A stretch of DNA of 64,000 nucleotides from Ptychomitrium polyphyllum (GCA_973851085.1 OZ316775.1:1984001-2048000), one strand, 5' to 3'; counted from the first letter of the stretch, positions 12,961-27,626 are shown. Numbers and translations are program-made. Notes: generated from the sequence alone by a model not told the origin.

Positions 12961-14575
12961 CGGAAGGATCTCATAGTGATTCATGGCCAATAATCTCAAT
13001 GCCAAATGATTCAAGTGTTATTATTTAATTTACTTGGAATTAAATAAGAAAATGAAAGATTGTTATAGTTAGTATTAGAACCTGTGTGTTTGTATTTGGA
13101 TAGAGGGGCTTGAATTTAGTGCATATAGAATTGAAGTAAATAGTAAGTGAATATTGAATTCTAAGTAAGCATGAATTAAGTGGCCTATGTATTTATATGC
13201 ATTTTCATTTATTATTTTATTATGAATTTAGTTTTCCATATGATAGTCTCATATTTATTTTTACATTTTAAAAAAACCAAGAATATATCCAAAAAATTTG
13301 AACAAAAAATATTGAAGTACTTTAGTAGATTATCATTTATAATATGCTAATTTTATTATGGAATATATATAACTTTTAGAATAAAAAAGATTAGCCTACA
13401 CAATCAAAAAATGACAATTTTTATTTGTAATATTTTTAATAATAAAATAAATTACCTTTTGCATCAGAATGTGGAAAACAAATAAAAACAAAGTGCATAT
13501 GGTATTAAAAAATTACATGTAACAATTAAAATTGAAGAGTTGGATTTGTTAATGGCTTTAGATTTTAATTTGAGTTTTTAACAAAAATAAAATATTTTCT
13601 TTAAAAATAGAATTATACCTATAAATGAAGGCCTATAAAACAATTCTAGAAAATACTACAATTTCATTGTAATTATTAAAATGAAATTGTTGACTATGTA
13701 CATCAATTTAAAAAGAAATGGTATGTACTTAGTATTACGTTGTTGACTAAGTACATCAATTTTAAAAAAAATCTATGCTTTTATTGTAATTAATCTTAAT
13801 AACAAACCATAACCAAAAGAAATCTTTTTAAAAAATGGTTTGGTTAAAAATAAATAATCATATATAGAGTATATAAATCATCAACCATAATTTTTTTAAT
13901 ATGGCAATGATCATCAAAAGTAATTATGTTGTCATTTTAGGTTTTTGTGCAAAATACAAAAAAAACCTTATAGTCTTGTTTTGTTTGTTTGTTTCATCCA
14001 TCTAGCCACTTCACTCATAATTGATTTTTACTTTTACATTTCATTTTATACTTTTAAGATTTGTATCTTTTAAAATTTTTATTGTTTAATGTTGATTATT
14101 TATTTTTTACTTTTTATTTTTTACTTTTTACTTTTATTACTTATTATATATTATTTTCTTTTGTTTTTTTTTTTAATTGTACAAAAACTTGCATTATAGG
14201 CCATCACATCTTTGATATGACAGTGGCCATACTTATATAATAATTAAATCACATGTAATTTAAAATTCTAAAAAAATATTTTTTAATTAAACCATTTACA
14301 ATACAACCACATTTTCTCTTTATGAAGGACCAAAAATACATTCTACATAGTTTAGATATATAACTTCCATAACTTCATGGATATTAGTTAAAAATACAAA
14401 TGCAAAGCACTATATATAAATATGAAACTTCTAAGAACTCCTTGGAATAACATTGTAAAACTAAGTTCAAAGTTTTGATATTTAAAAACCTACCAAAAGT
14501 TAAATCTCCATCTCTTGGCTTGTCGAGCTTTTCTGGTGACTGGTTGAAATCACAAGCAGCATCCGAGGCTGGAGC

Positions 14576-14905
14576 GGGGATGAAGCAGGGCCGACACGGG
14601 GATGAAGGTGGGATGGTCTGGGGATGAAGATGGGATGAAGAGGGGATGATGGGGGGATGAAGAGGGGATGATGTGCGAGGCTCCCGAGCACAAGCACGAG
14701 CACGAGCAAGAGCACGAGCACTTGAGCAGGGAGGGAGGGGCAGGCGAAGACCGAAAGCAGGGAGGAGCGAAGACTTGCATAAGTTTTGTTTCACCACCCG
14801 AGGTCGTCGGCAATCATTCGCGGCCCGCATCGTCGGTTCTGCACCATCGCCATCGCCATCGCCATTACCCGCACCGCGCGCCCCGCGCACCACCGCCATC
14901 GCCAC
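14576..14905. repeat. Low-complexity arrays in the COG8 promoter/leader: GGGATGAAG-like units, (GAGCAC)n, (GCCATC)n
   Basis: Read directly. These arrays explain the several spurious overlapping ORFs at 14384-15185. Confidence 0.7.
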
Positions 14906-15659
14906 GCTCGTTCACGTAAGTACACCTGTCTCTACTCCTCTCTCTTCGTCTCTCTCGCATCGCTCTTCAGATCTCCTCTTTCTTGCTCATGCAACAGCTT
15001 TTCAGCGACTTAGGGTTTGCTTCCTCTTGATCTCGCATTACACTTCACTCCTGCACTACATGCCATTTATGGTGCTTTCCGATTTCCAGTCTTTGGGAGA
15101 ATCTTTGGTTAGTTCGAACAGACGCAATTTCTGGAACCCTAGGTGCCCTGGAATGGAGGTTGAGTGTTTTTGGAGTTTTCTGTAGGAGTAGGAGGTGACG
15201 GCATTGGTGAAAGGAATGGCTCATGAGCTGCGTTAGCCACGGATTGCATTCTTTGTTCGTTTGTGTGAGTGTGAAACGAGGAGTTTTAGTTTTGTTTAAA
15301 TAAGCCTGAGCGCAATTGACAATGCTAGGGGAGCACGGCGCGAATTCCTTCGTTTCTGTTGATTTTCCGGTTGTTTGATTGCTTGAGTGATGCGTGTTGT
15401 GATATTGGTTGACTTTTTGTGCTTTCAGGCGTTGATGGAGTAGTTTGAGGCGTCAAAGTGGTTGCCGCTAGTGATTTCCAGTGGTGTTGCAATTTGAACG
15501 AGCTGAGATCGCGGCAATGCTCAGGATGAAGGAGAGAAATATGAATTCGTCTTCTCTGCAGGACTGAAACAGGTTAGGTGAAGGAGCAGGGGCTTGAGAC
15601 AGACAGGGCTGGTTGCCGGTGTTCTTCTTGCGCGAGGGTGTGGAAGAGCGTCGATCACC

Positions 15660-18600
15660 ATGGCGGAGAAGCTCTTGGATTTTTCGCAGCCCTTTGACGT
15701 CGGCATTTCCGATGCTTGTGTGACTAGTCCGTTGCCGTTGCAAATATCTAACCCCTCACAGCAAGCCTATGTTTCTGAGCTTCTTTCGTTCAACCTTGAG
15801 CGACTACACAAGGTATGTTGTTGTGTAGCTCTTCCCTTCAGCTCTAGTTTAGAGAATCGCATGACGATCATGATTGAGTCCTGTTTAAGAAGTTAATTTT
15901 TTTTAAATTGGTGACAATCTACAGGAGCCAGAGCTTTTGAGAGTAGATGGGGAAAGGATCCGGCGGCAGATGCAAGAAGTCGCAGTTGGCCACTATAGGG
16001 CTTTCATCAGTGCAGCAGATGCGGTTCAGAATATTACGCATGAAATCACATTCGTGGACGAGCATTTGAAGACTTTGGTAAGTTTAATGTGCCGTTTGAG
16101 TACGGTGTTCGATATTTGCTTCTGCATCTATTCTTGGGTACATTTCTTTTATTCCTCGTACTTGTCATCCCATTCAGAGTTGAAAAGAGTTGTGGGCACC
16201 TGAAACTCTATGTGTGCACGTTCCTACTTTTTTTGCACGTTTGTTAGTGCTCAATGATTTGGATGCACAACTTTATCCCATCAGTGGCTGAGGCTTTGTT
16301 GTCTTTATTTGCCAAGATTGCAGAAATTCCGAAGCTCATCACCGGCTGCAATGACTTCATGGACGATGCACAGCAGATTTTAGAGAAGCGGCAGCTGAAT
16401 AGAACTCTGCTCGCCAATCATAGTTCGCTTCTGGATTTGCTGGAGATACCGCAACTTATGGACACGTGAGTCTTCTGTTATTGTTTGAGGGCTGTAATCT
16501 AAAAGCTAAACATCAGCAGTTTAGTTGCTCTGTACAGTTGTAAGAAAACAGAGAAGTAGCACATTGAAAGGCCAGTGGAAGATTATTCTGCGTGCCACTG
16601 GTATTTGTTTGGTTCTGGCTTATTTTGCCAGGTCTGGAGTATGATCATCAAATATTTGGCTTGGGATTTTAAATTGTTTCGCTTCTTCTTTATGCAGATG
16701 TGTGCGAAATGGAAATTACGATGAAGCTCTCGATCTGGAAGCTTTTGTCACAAAATTGGCAACTATGCATTCAAGGTAAATTATGAATTTCTAATTTACA
16801 CTACTTGTCTTTCCGCAGTCATACTTGGCTTTCTTGGTTCTTAATTTTTTTTCTATTATTTTTTGGATGTGGTACAGGCTTCCTGTGATTCAATCATTAG
16901 AGGCAGACGTAAGACAGACAACTCAGTCACTGCTTGCTCAGATTCTGCAACGGCTACGATCGAATATTCCGGTGAGGCCATATGCTAAACACAGCATATT
17001 TGTAGTGGCAGTGTAAATTTAATATGAGCACCGTGAGTTGTAATTGAGGCAGTGTCACAGGTACATACATGTCTAACTCAAGGCAACCGTGATGTTTGTT
17101 GTAACTGCGTGCAGTTGCCAGAATGTTTGAGAGTGATTGGCTACTTGCGGCGATTGGCTGTATTTAACGAGCATGAAATTCGACTACAGGTACAGATTTC
17201 ACTCTGCGAACACATCTTTATTTCATTTAGTGTCTAAATATGCATTAGTTTCAATGGAGTCACACCGTACAAATACCTTATAAATATACTGTGGTGAGCA
17301 ATGATCACTAGTATACCAGTGCGTGGCTAGCACATCATGAACAGTTGTTGTTCTTCTGATCTTTTGGACTGAGTTTCTCATCTGTTGTCATATAGTTTTA
17401 ATATTTCTTTATCTGTGCATTGGTTATCTGTAAGGATGTGAGATTTCATATTTAAATGGCAGCCCTTGATATGTGAAGCATTAATGGAGTCTAAGACATG
17501 ATTACTTTTATGCAACAGTTTTTGAGATGCAGAGAAGCATGGTTGGCGGGCATTATCGATGATCTAGACCAAAGCAATCCATATGAGTATTTGAAGAGGA
17601 TGGCGGATTGCCATCGCGTACACTTGTTTGATGTAGTCATGCAGTATCGTGCTATATTTTCCGACGACACCTCTGGTCATGAGGAAAACACTGATGGAGG
17701 TCTTCTTTACAGTTGGGCCATGCATCGTATATCGTCACATCTTAATGTACTTCGTGAAGTACTTCCTCAAATCACGGAAGGCCCAAATTTGGCTATCATC
17801 TTGGATCAGTGCATGGTAAGGATCCTTACTACAGTTTTTATTATCACTCATATCAACCCCTCTGCCAGGTCTTTCAGTGGATCCAAGAAATGAAGCAAAC
17901 CAGGGCTTCATAATGAAATTTTCTTGTTCGGAATCATATAGAATCACATAGGTTGGAGTACGTTGTAGTGAGACTACCTAACTGTATATTCTGGTCGTTT
18001 CAGTATTGTGGAATGAGCCTTGGGCGTGTTGGTCTGGACTTTAGAGGCCTGCTTCCTCCACTTTTCGAGAGGTAAATAAGATCGTCGTTCGCACTTGCTT
18101 TTGATATGTGCTACAGTCATGTGTGATACTCCATTTTTTTTCTTAGTCTGCGTCTTTGTTTCATGCTAACCAGAACTGGATGATATTGGTTTCCTCATTT
18201 CTGGTTTGGGCTCTTTAGGCCATCGATTGTGTGCCACTGACTTACAATCGCTTGCTGGTAATGTGCAGCTCCGTGCACGACTTATTTGTGCGCAACATGT
18301 CCGTCACAATTGACAACTTCCAGGTGCCTAAGCTTGTCGTTGTCACTTATATGTTAAATCCTTGCTGAAGTAGTGTGGGTATCTAGTAACAGCGTATATT
18401 ATAATTTGTCATTCCGAACGTATTGGAGGTAAGGCTTCAGGAATCTGTCACCGTACATGAACAATGTGTGTATCTAATATTCAGCAATGGATTTTTTATC
18501 GAGTATTCTGATTTCGGATTGATCTCTTGCAGCATGTTCTTGATTCACATCGCTGGGTTCCTCTTCCACCTGTGACACTTGGTAGAACGAGTAGCCTGGA

Positions 18601-19678
18601 TCATGCTCCTGATGATGTAGCGCCCCCTTACTCGATAATGGAGCATCCTCCACTGGCCGCATTTGTCAACGGTACGGTTTGGCCGTACTCTGTTAATGAT
18701 GCATGTTAATTTGATTCAATTCTGCTGTCTAATATATTGTATCCTGTCATCTTGCATTTTTCAGTTCTACTGTCCTGGGTTTTACAGTGTGACAGTGGAA
18801 ATTCATATTTGCTAGATTGATTGTGTGAAAAAGTTGTTCCGTGTCATCCTTCTATGAATACATTATCTTTTCCACAAGTTATAAACTGGCCTCACCCTGC
18901 GAAGTGACTCTAGATCTCCAATATCAGCTAGTTGACAGAAACGAACATTTTCTGGCTGGCTTCAGGTGTTTTAGCAGCGCTGAATGAATTGAGACATTGT
19001 GCTCCCATCAACCTTAAAGCCACTTTGGCTTTGGAGCTCCAGTGTGCTTTACAGAGTGTGGCTAATTCTCTCTTACGTTACAATGCAACCCGCATCGTGA
19101 AGGACAGTGAGAAAAGTTTGTTTTTGGCCATGTGCCGGGCTTTCATAGAGGTATTTGTAACAGCCCTATTGTTAGTTCTAGGATACGCATCTGATCTTAT
19201 ACGTTTTTCTGGACGAACATCACTGTTTGTCGCCCTTGGTGATCATTGTAATTAATACTTAATTATTATGTCACTCCTTTTGCAGGTAGTTTGCCCATAC
19301 TGTACTCTTTGCTTTGGAAAGTGCTACTCTGGGGCCTCTGCACTAATTCAAACGAATGAGGTGTTGGTGGGAGTCCGAAAGCTAGTGTCTATGCAAACCT
19401 CGTATTCGAAGGAGATTAGAAATGGAAATCGAAGAAGTTCCTTGGACCTGAATGATTTGCGACAAAATCCACCCCCTTCAGTAGTAGCTAGCGAAGCTGC
19501 CTATGGAAAAGGTCAAGATGCGAATGGGAATGGTAATGGTAATCTTACCGAAAATGGACATGGAGGATCAGAATTGGAGGATGGTGTTGAGGCGGATAAT
19601 CCTGCAGTTGACGAATCTCGAGAGGAACAGTCCCCTGATTCAAATGTCAGCACTGACATTCAAGTATCAGAATTATAA
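15660..19678 (+). CDS. COG8: Conserved oligomeric Golgi complex subunit 8 (Dor1 family)
   Basis: 12 exons (approx. 15660-15812, 15924-16077, 16317-16466, 16699-16775, 16879-16971, 17115-17189, 17519-17815, 18004-18071, 18269-18323, 18533-18671, 18966-19149, 19286-19678). Motifs: [128 protein letters not shown] probable 5'-UTR intron lies at ~14916-15428. Confidence 0.95.
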
Positions 19679-21481
19679 TGCTTCCTATATGATGTGTATG
19701 ATCTGCATCATTCATCATGTCAGAAGCATCTAATTTTGTAGTTACATATTCTTTCTAAATCTTCTTGTTAGTTGTAATCACTAAACCTCTGTATATCATG
19801 AGTTATTCATTTTGCATCCTAAATTTGCTTGGTTGAGGATCTTCAATGCTTTTGAGAAACCTTTCTTGATTGATTGCCATGATGAGTGGCAATAATATTC
19901 ATGAATGATAATGTGGTTTCAGTACAATGCTCTGAATTCTAACATTCAGCGTTCAGGTGTCGATGTCAACTACCGTCCAAATTAGTAGGTTACCTGTTTA
20001 TATTTGATCGATAATAAAATAATTCAAGAGTCTAACCCAAGTGGCGTTGTGTTTCAAGATTCTCATCCAAGTGGTTTCCTGTTTTTTAAAATATGAAATT
20101 TTTTACGAATTTTCATGGCATGTTATTTTTAGTTTATTGTTGCCACTATAAACATCCAAACATCCATTGGTATTTGCCTCTAACCAATAGCAAATAAGAA
20201 ATTTTGTAATTTGGTGGAAATATAATGTTTTTTGGCTAGTTGTTATTGGTGCTTTAAACATTTATATATGTATTTCTTTTATAGAAGAGAATTGGTACAA
20301 AGTCTAGTTTAATTATTCACCATACTTTGCAAGGAATGGCTTGTCAATAGAACATATATTAGCAAAATTTTTGTAATAAGTTAAATTTTATTTTACCAAA
20401 AATAAAGTATTATTATAACACTTATTCAAGATATTTAAGTGTCTTAAAATATCTTTTAGTCAATCTTGTTTTTGATAATAACAATTCTTGATTCCAGATA
20501 TTGAATTCATATCAAACAATTGAAATTTCAAATTGAATATGAAAATTCTAATGCTATACTTTGATTTTACAAAATGATGATATTATTAGAGGAAGATTTT
20601 GCTTTTTATACTTGAAAAAAATATTCAATTTTATTTTATGTATAGATTTCCACGACTAAATGAAAGAGTTGTTTAAAAACAACAAAGAAATAATTTTGAA
20701 AACCTATAATTGCTAATTTATCAAGGTTTATGATAAATGTGGTTATAATAAAAAATTTAGAGAAGTTTTGGCTTTAAAAACATATTCCTAAACATTTTTT
20801 AAATTAATCTATAATTTAAAAAAATGAAACTTACTCTAATCCTTTATGATTTCCATATACTGTTCTAAATAAAAAAATTAGTTTAAATATCAGTGCAACC
20901 AATGCCTTTTGCGAAGGTCATGCACCCTATTCATCCGAAAGTGCCCTAACACATCCTAAATAGAATAAAAAATCCTCAGGCCAAATAACAAAGAGGTCAC
21001 ATTTTCCATGATCATTACAAAGCAACACATCCACGCAGCCACAGCCTGGTAGAAGTGAAGAATGTGAGAAGATTTCCCAACAGAAACCATGGTGAGTTGT
21101 GGCCATGGCATGACTGCCACCAAGTTACCCAGGCATTTACCATTGAAGGGACAGGCAAACACAAAGAAAACGGAACAACCGAGGTGGCATCATCATCGTG
21201 ATTTCTCCCACTCTCAATTCCCACAAACAAACAAACACACACACGAACTCCTAATCTTCCCCAAGTCGAGGTTATTGGTGGAGTGGAGTGGCCAAGTTAG
21301 TGTTACCAGAATAGGCTTTCACCAAGTCAAGTCTCATTACTTACTGCCATAACTACTCATGACCTCACAAGTGAAAATCCCAACTCACTCCTGTCACTGC
21401 GTTCCCCACTTGTACTTTGATATGACAGATGCGAAGCCCTGCTCTTGGGGTTACTCTTTCACCCCAACTGAAGTGAAAAGG

Positions 21482-21531
21482 GAAAAATGAAAAACGAAAA
21501 ATGAAAAATGAAAAATGAAAAATGAAAAATG
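21482..21531. repeat. Heptamer tandem repeat (GAAAAAT) x~7
   Basis: Read directly; one unit is GAAAAAC. Confidence 0.9.
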
Positions 21532-21940
21532 AGCACTCTCCAAGGAAGACACAAAAGAGACAAAGGCAAGTGAAGCAGTGTGAGCACCCATGTCCCGAGT
21601 GATTCCACACTCCAGGCTCTGAACCAGCACAAGTTCGCCTTTGGTTTTGAGAGCCGGAATACAAGGGCTGGCGACGGAGAGGCAACAGAGGGCAGGAGAG
21701 ACGCTGCCCACACCCGGACAGCGCCACCAGACTGCTCGCCCCTCGCCATCGTCAGACTGTAGAACTGCTGCACCACAAGAGGCCCAGACCAGGACGGACA
21801 AGAGCAAGTGTTCTTGTGATGAGAGAGCAGGTAACGGAAGGAGAGCGACACCGACAGAGAGGAGAGAGTGTGCTCTTCCCCTCAGTAACTAAGTCATCCA
21901 CTGTAAAAGAAAGGCGTGAGAGTTCGTAGATTGTCACTTG

Positions 21941-21992
21941 CAACACACACTCCACTCACACACACACACACACACATACACACATATACACA
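21941..21992. repeat. Imperfect (CA)n microsatellite in the peptidase promoter/leader
   Basis: Read directly. Confidence 0.85.
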
Positions 21993-23026
21993 GAGACTTA
22001 TAGACAGAGAAGGGGATCGTTGCGTTCGTTTGCGGTCACTTGTGATGTCCTGTGTTGCGTTGGGTTTTCGTTCTCTTTCTTGGTTGGGTTTTGGTTTGGG
22101 GAGCGTGAGGGTGAAGGTGGAGAGAGGGAGAGAGGGAGAGAAAGAGAGTGGGTGGACCTGGACGTAGCTATGAATTGCGGTTTGACGAAGAAGCTGTAGA
22201 GGGACGTGGATAGTGGGAATACATGTCGAAGAAGGGCTGCATCGGGATTGGCGTTTTTTTGTCTGGACGCCACCAATTGTGATTGTTTGAGGTATGTGGG
22301 GAATTGGGGGGATGGCGGAGCCGCGATTGGGATCATTCCGCGCTTGGGGTGGGGATGTTGTGGGGTGCATCTGAGGGCGGTGTGAGTCTTGGTTTTTGTT
22401 GGTGTTGATGATGGTGGTGGTGGGGGAGGTTATGTGGGCTCTGATGCGTCGTAGAATCGTACATTGACTTTGTCGGTGGTGCGTTGTTGCGGATTCAGAA
22501 GGAATTTGGTTGGCCTAATCTGGTGTAGATTTCATTTGTCGTTGTTTTCGTTTTTCTGAGTTTGGCTGTGATATGGGTAACTTAGGTCGAAATCATTTGG
22601 GACGCCATGTCGCGGATTAGGGCGGGTTGTGGGGGCTTTTCGTTGAGCTCGATCGTTACTCAATTTGCGCACAATTGTCCTTTTTGATGTGCGTGATGTC
22701 TTTCGGTCATAGTAGAGACAGATAGACAGACAGACAGACAGAGAGGGAGAGAGAGAGAGAGCGAGCCGTGATCGCTGTTCCTCTGTTTAGTGAATGCCGC
22801 TCATGGTTGCGTGTTTTCGCTGTGTTGATGTCAGAAACTCTTGTCGGCGAGCAACTGGCGGGCGAGGGTAGCGAGTTCGCGGAGCCGCGCATTGGTTTTT
22901 GTGTGGGTGAGCCGCATGCGTGGTGATTGTGCTATCGTCGCGCGACGCACGGGGGGTTATCCCGTGGGCAGGCGGTCGGGGTAGAGCTGCGGGGCAGATG
23001 ATACCTCGAGATGTGCGTGAAGCTGG

Positions 23027-26000
23027 ATGTCACTACTGGGGTATCAAGTTACGGACGTTACTACGGCAGAATCCAGATTTGAGAATCGAGCAATTGAGAC
23101 GAAGAATTCTTCTGCTCTGAGGACCGGGAAATCGGAGCGGTTCTCCTTCCTTGGATGGTGTGGTATGCTCGGAGGCAGTTTGTCCCCAGAGTCTATTCGA
23201 AGCGAACCCGAAGGATCCGATTTTAGTTCTTACTCCCTCTCTCCCCCTCTTCCGACCACCATGCCCACCACTGACAGCCAAACCCTCGGAGATGAATACA
23301 CACTCTTCCCAGTCGAGGACATTGTGCAATACCCTCTTCCAGGATACGTCGCGCCCGCGTCGGTGCAGTTCAGTCCCGACGACAAGCTCATTACGTACTT
23401 GTACAGCCCCGACAGCACTCTCAGCAGAAAAATCTACGCTTTTGACGTCGCCGCGAGGCAGCAGCGGTTGCTGGTCAGCCCCCCGGGCGGCGGAGTGGAC
23501 GAGGGGAACCTTTCTACAGTTGAGAAGCTGCGGAGGGAGAGACTGCGAGAACGGGGCCTCGGAGTGACGCGCTATGAGTGGGCCAAGGGCGTTCCTTCCC
23601 GGTTGATGGTTCCTCTTCCGAGTGGGGTATGTCCATCCCTAGTGAGCTTTTTGAGTCCTAGTGAGGAGAGTATATTTTAGTATTTTGGTTTAATGTCAAA
23701 GTGGGATTAAATATTCATCGATGAAGGTCGCGAACGGCTTCTTAGACACCGCGCTGTTGAGTTTTGTTCTTGTTACGACCTTTACCTTGCCCTAACTTTA
23801 AGAGTTGGGTGTTATACTTGTGATGCTTTGGAGTGGCAAATTAGTTCTACATCCACAATGGCAACAATGATAATTTTTGACTTATTCTTCGTCCTGCATT
23901 ACTGACAATTTTTGTAGTTTGGCGCTGTTGATACAGTAGGTTAGGTTTTTCTTTGTTTATGATTAAGTCTGGGTTGACGAGATTCTTCTGATACTTTGCC
24001 TGACATTTTTATGATCTATGTTTTAAATGGTGGCAGATTTATGTCCAAGAAGGCGTGGGAGCTGAACTGCGACGCCGGGTAGCTAGCACATCTTGGTCTC
24101 CGATCCTTGATCCCCAGCTTTCACCAGATGCATGCTCTATAGCTTATGTGCGGGATGATGAGTTGTTTATTGTTCCAGTATCCTTTGGGGAGCCCATTCA
24201 AATCACATATGGCGCACGAGGGACTGGCAAGGTTGGTATTTGCATTGCTCATTGCATTCACTCATTTTTGGTGTCAGGATGCTGGTATTGCTCATTTATG
24301 CAGCATGGTAACCTTGAGATAAAGGTGTTCCTACATCAGCGTTTATCGAGTTCACGTGATTGTCAATTTTGATGTCAATTTTGATTTTATAAGCTACATT
24401 ATTAGCAGTGGTTTAACCAAATGTCTCAAGATGTGTTTCGATATGCTAGTTCATACACTACTCCGATCACGTCTCATTCTTTTTGTGCTCACCTTGTTGC
24501 AGACTCATGGGCTTGCTGAGTATATAGCGCAGGTACTGTCACATTTCACCTGAAGGAATTTTTGCTATGTTTGTTTGCTTTTCATAACTTCTAGCCCTTT
24601 AGACTGATGCTGGGGAAAAAATATGTTCTCATTCTAAACGAAGCATCTAGTCTGTTTTCTTACTTTTAGTGCAGAAAATTTTGGCTCCGATTTTCTTGCA
24701 CTAAGCTAATATCGTATGATGTGTGAAATGTGTGAAACAGTCACTAATAAGAGGAATTTTGTGCAGAACAGGAAGAAATGGACAGACGAAATGGCTTCTG
24801 GTGGTCGTCTGACAGTCGCTACATTGCATTTGCGGAAGCGGATGCGACAAGAATTCCGCCGTTCAGGATCATGCACCAAGGAAAGGCGACAACAGGTGGG
24901 GAGGCTGAGGAAGATCATGCCTACCCCTTTGCAGGCCATTCAAATGTGAGTGTGAGATTGGGCGTGGTTCCGTCAAACGGTGGTAGTGTAGTGTGGATGG
25001 ATTTGGAAGTTGGTCTGTGCGGTGAAGATCATGACGACGAGGAGTATTTGGCAAGAGTTACGTGGTTACCGAATGGATATCTCACTGCTCAAGTGCAGAA
25101 CCGAGCTCAAACAAAATTGAAGCTGCTAAGGTTTGATCCACTGACTGGCAAGAGGACCGTGTTGCTCACAGAAGAAAGCGACATTTGGGTGAACTTGCAC
25201 GACTGTTTTACTCCCCTGCGGAAATGTTGTGGAGTCCTTGCAGGTGGTTTTATCTGGGCATGCGAAAAGACAGGATTTCGGCATTTGTATATGCATGATG
25301 AGTTCGGGAACTGCGTTAGAGCTCTCACGCAGGGGAGCTGGATGGTGGAGCAAGTGACCGGAGTTGATGAAGATGCCGGCTTGGTGTACTTTACAGGAAC
25401 TTACGATAGCCCTTTAGAAACCCATCTGTATAGCGTCAGCCTGGATTGTACGCAACCCCTGGCGGAGCCCAAGAGGCTGACACAGGGGGCTGGGCGGCAT
25501 ATTGTGGTACTAGATCACCAGTTGAAAAAGTTTGTTGATATTCACGACTCTTTAGACACGCCACCCAGGCTGTTGCTGCGGTCGTTAGATACCGGGAAGT
25601 TGCTGGTCTCAATTTATGAGCAACCAGCACCCACTTACCATGCACGGAGGTTGCAACTGACACCTCCTGAATTCAAATCACTTACTGCAAGTGACGGCAC
25701 TGTCTTACATGGCCTGGTTTACATTCCAGATTCTAAACAGTTTGGCCGTCCACCATATAGAACAGTAGTGAGCGTTTACGGTGGCCCCAATGTGCAAATA
25801 GTGTGCAATTCCTGGATGAATACAGTGGATATGCGTGCACAGTACCTGAGGAGCCGAGGCATCCTTGTTTGGAAGGTTCATCTCTGTTCTTCCCTTGCAC
25901 TTGCCAAGGCCTTGAATTATTTTTTTAATATTTGTTAGTACAGTGGTGCTTAATCTGTTTGCAAGTTGACGTGCGTTTTTGTTCTTTCCTTTCTCGCTTC

Positions 26001-26622
26001 CGCTTGGTGACCATTCCAGCATCATAAAGTTCTGATTGAATTGTGGGCTTCGCTTTGTGGGAACGTGCAGCTGGACAATAGAGGTAGTGCCAGGAGGGGT
26101 CTGGATTTTGAGGGTGCAATTAAGCACAACATGGGGAAAATTGACGTGGAGGATCAGCAAACAGGAGTTCAGTGGCTAGTAAGCCAAGGGCTTGCACTTC
26201 CAAACCGAATTGGCATATATGGATGGAGCTATGGGGGTTACATGGCTTCAATGGCATTAGCGCGCTGTCCTGATACTTTTTCCTGTGCGGTTGCTGGCGC
26301 GCCTGTGACATCCTGGGATGGCTATGACACCCATTACACTGAGAAGTACATGGGTACCCCTTCCAGCAACCCAGCAGGATACCAATATAGCTCGGTCATG
26401 CACCATGTTTATCAGATCACTGGGAAGCTGTTGCTGGTACATGGCATGATCGATGAAAATGTACATTTCCGGCACACTGCTCGCCTGATCAACACTCTTA
26501 CCGCTGCGTCAAAGGATTATGAGCTGCTAGTTTTCCCAGATGAACGACACATGCCGCGTGGGCTCAGAGACCGGATGTACATGGAGGAACGGATTTGTGA
26601 TTTTTTAGAGAGAAATATTTGA
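23027..26622 (+). CDS. Dipeptidyl peptidase IV family (S9B; DPP8/9-like) prolyl oligopeptidase
   Basis: 5 exons (approx. 23027-23626, 24037-24231, 24503-24532, 24772-25875, 26071-26622). DPPIV_N propeller motifs: [27 protein letters not shown]. Catalytic triad: GWSYGG (Ser), HGMIDENVH (Asp), FPDERH (His). The start is uncertain, with in-frame ATGs at 23027, 23165 and 23261. Confidence 0.93.
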
Positions 26623-27626
26623 GTGAAATACTTTGTATGTACTTGAAACTGAACTAGGTTATTCATCTAAACGTCTACACCAACACAGAATGCTTTGAAG
26701 GGGAACTTCCTGCTAGTTTAGTATAGTAGGTGCTCTGTATAATAATCTATATCACTGTGATTTCATCCCTGCAAAGTGAGAAACTGTATGATGTCGGCTG
26801 CGTTACAATTCTGGAAATTTGTACGGAAGACACAGACATGGTGCAATATTAGACTTCACTCGAGCAGCTCTGTCCAGGGCCAAGTTTTGGCTGCAGCTTG
26901 CATGCATTGACCGAAACATTTTACGAATCATTGTTTTGCATCAAACCGAAACCGCTGCATATCTGACTCTAACGTGTAAGAGGTGGTTTTCTCAGCTGTA
27001 AGGGAGAAGATGTAGCATGTTAATCGTATGTACTTTTGAATCGCTTGTGCACAATGAATTTGTCAGCATCTAATTCCGAATCCGGCTCGATACCTTGTGG
27101 GTGGAGTATGAAACCTGTTTCGTACGAAGGGTTCAACGTCGTTACAGTGTAGTGGATGAAAACCTTGAAAGCACTGAAGGCAGTGTACAATCAAGCTTGC
27201 TGTGTAAGTAATTTCCGAATTTCCTAATGAGTTTTCACACAAATTTTTCATGTTATTTAAGCAACTTCGATAGCACATGAATTCGGGTTTTGATAGCGAA
27301 ATTATAGGTTTTAATATTGGGCTAAAAGTCCTCGTATTTGAGTGTATAATTAATTTCGAGGAATTTTATGTTGTGAACAAAAAGCAATCATCAGTTTGAA
27401 GTATTGCTTTGTGGTAAGACTTTTATGATTTCTGAAGCAATAATGGCTATAAAGAAACATTGACTAGTGCATCCATTCGTGGATGCAGAGCGGCTGCACA
27501 GCCTTAAGTACTGATGCATATGTCACGTTTCCGTTTATGATTTTAACGAGATATGCTACAAGAGTTGTAATTTTTTGGTATGATGTTTTCGCTCTACGAG
27601 TCTTCATCATTCGTAGGATACGGAAT

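Noticed and set aside
14384..15185. Overlapping 70-173 aa ORFs upstream of COG8
   Set aside because: They are produced by GC-rich hexamer repeats in the promoter/5'-UTR, and the translations are low-complexity (ARARAR, PSPSPS).
12923..21531. Short direct repeats (12923, 13687, 21482) considered as CRISPR-like arrays
   Set aside because: They have only two copies or no spacers, the context is eukaryotic, and there are no cas genes.
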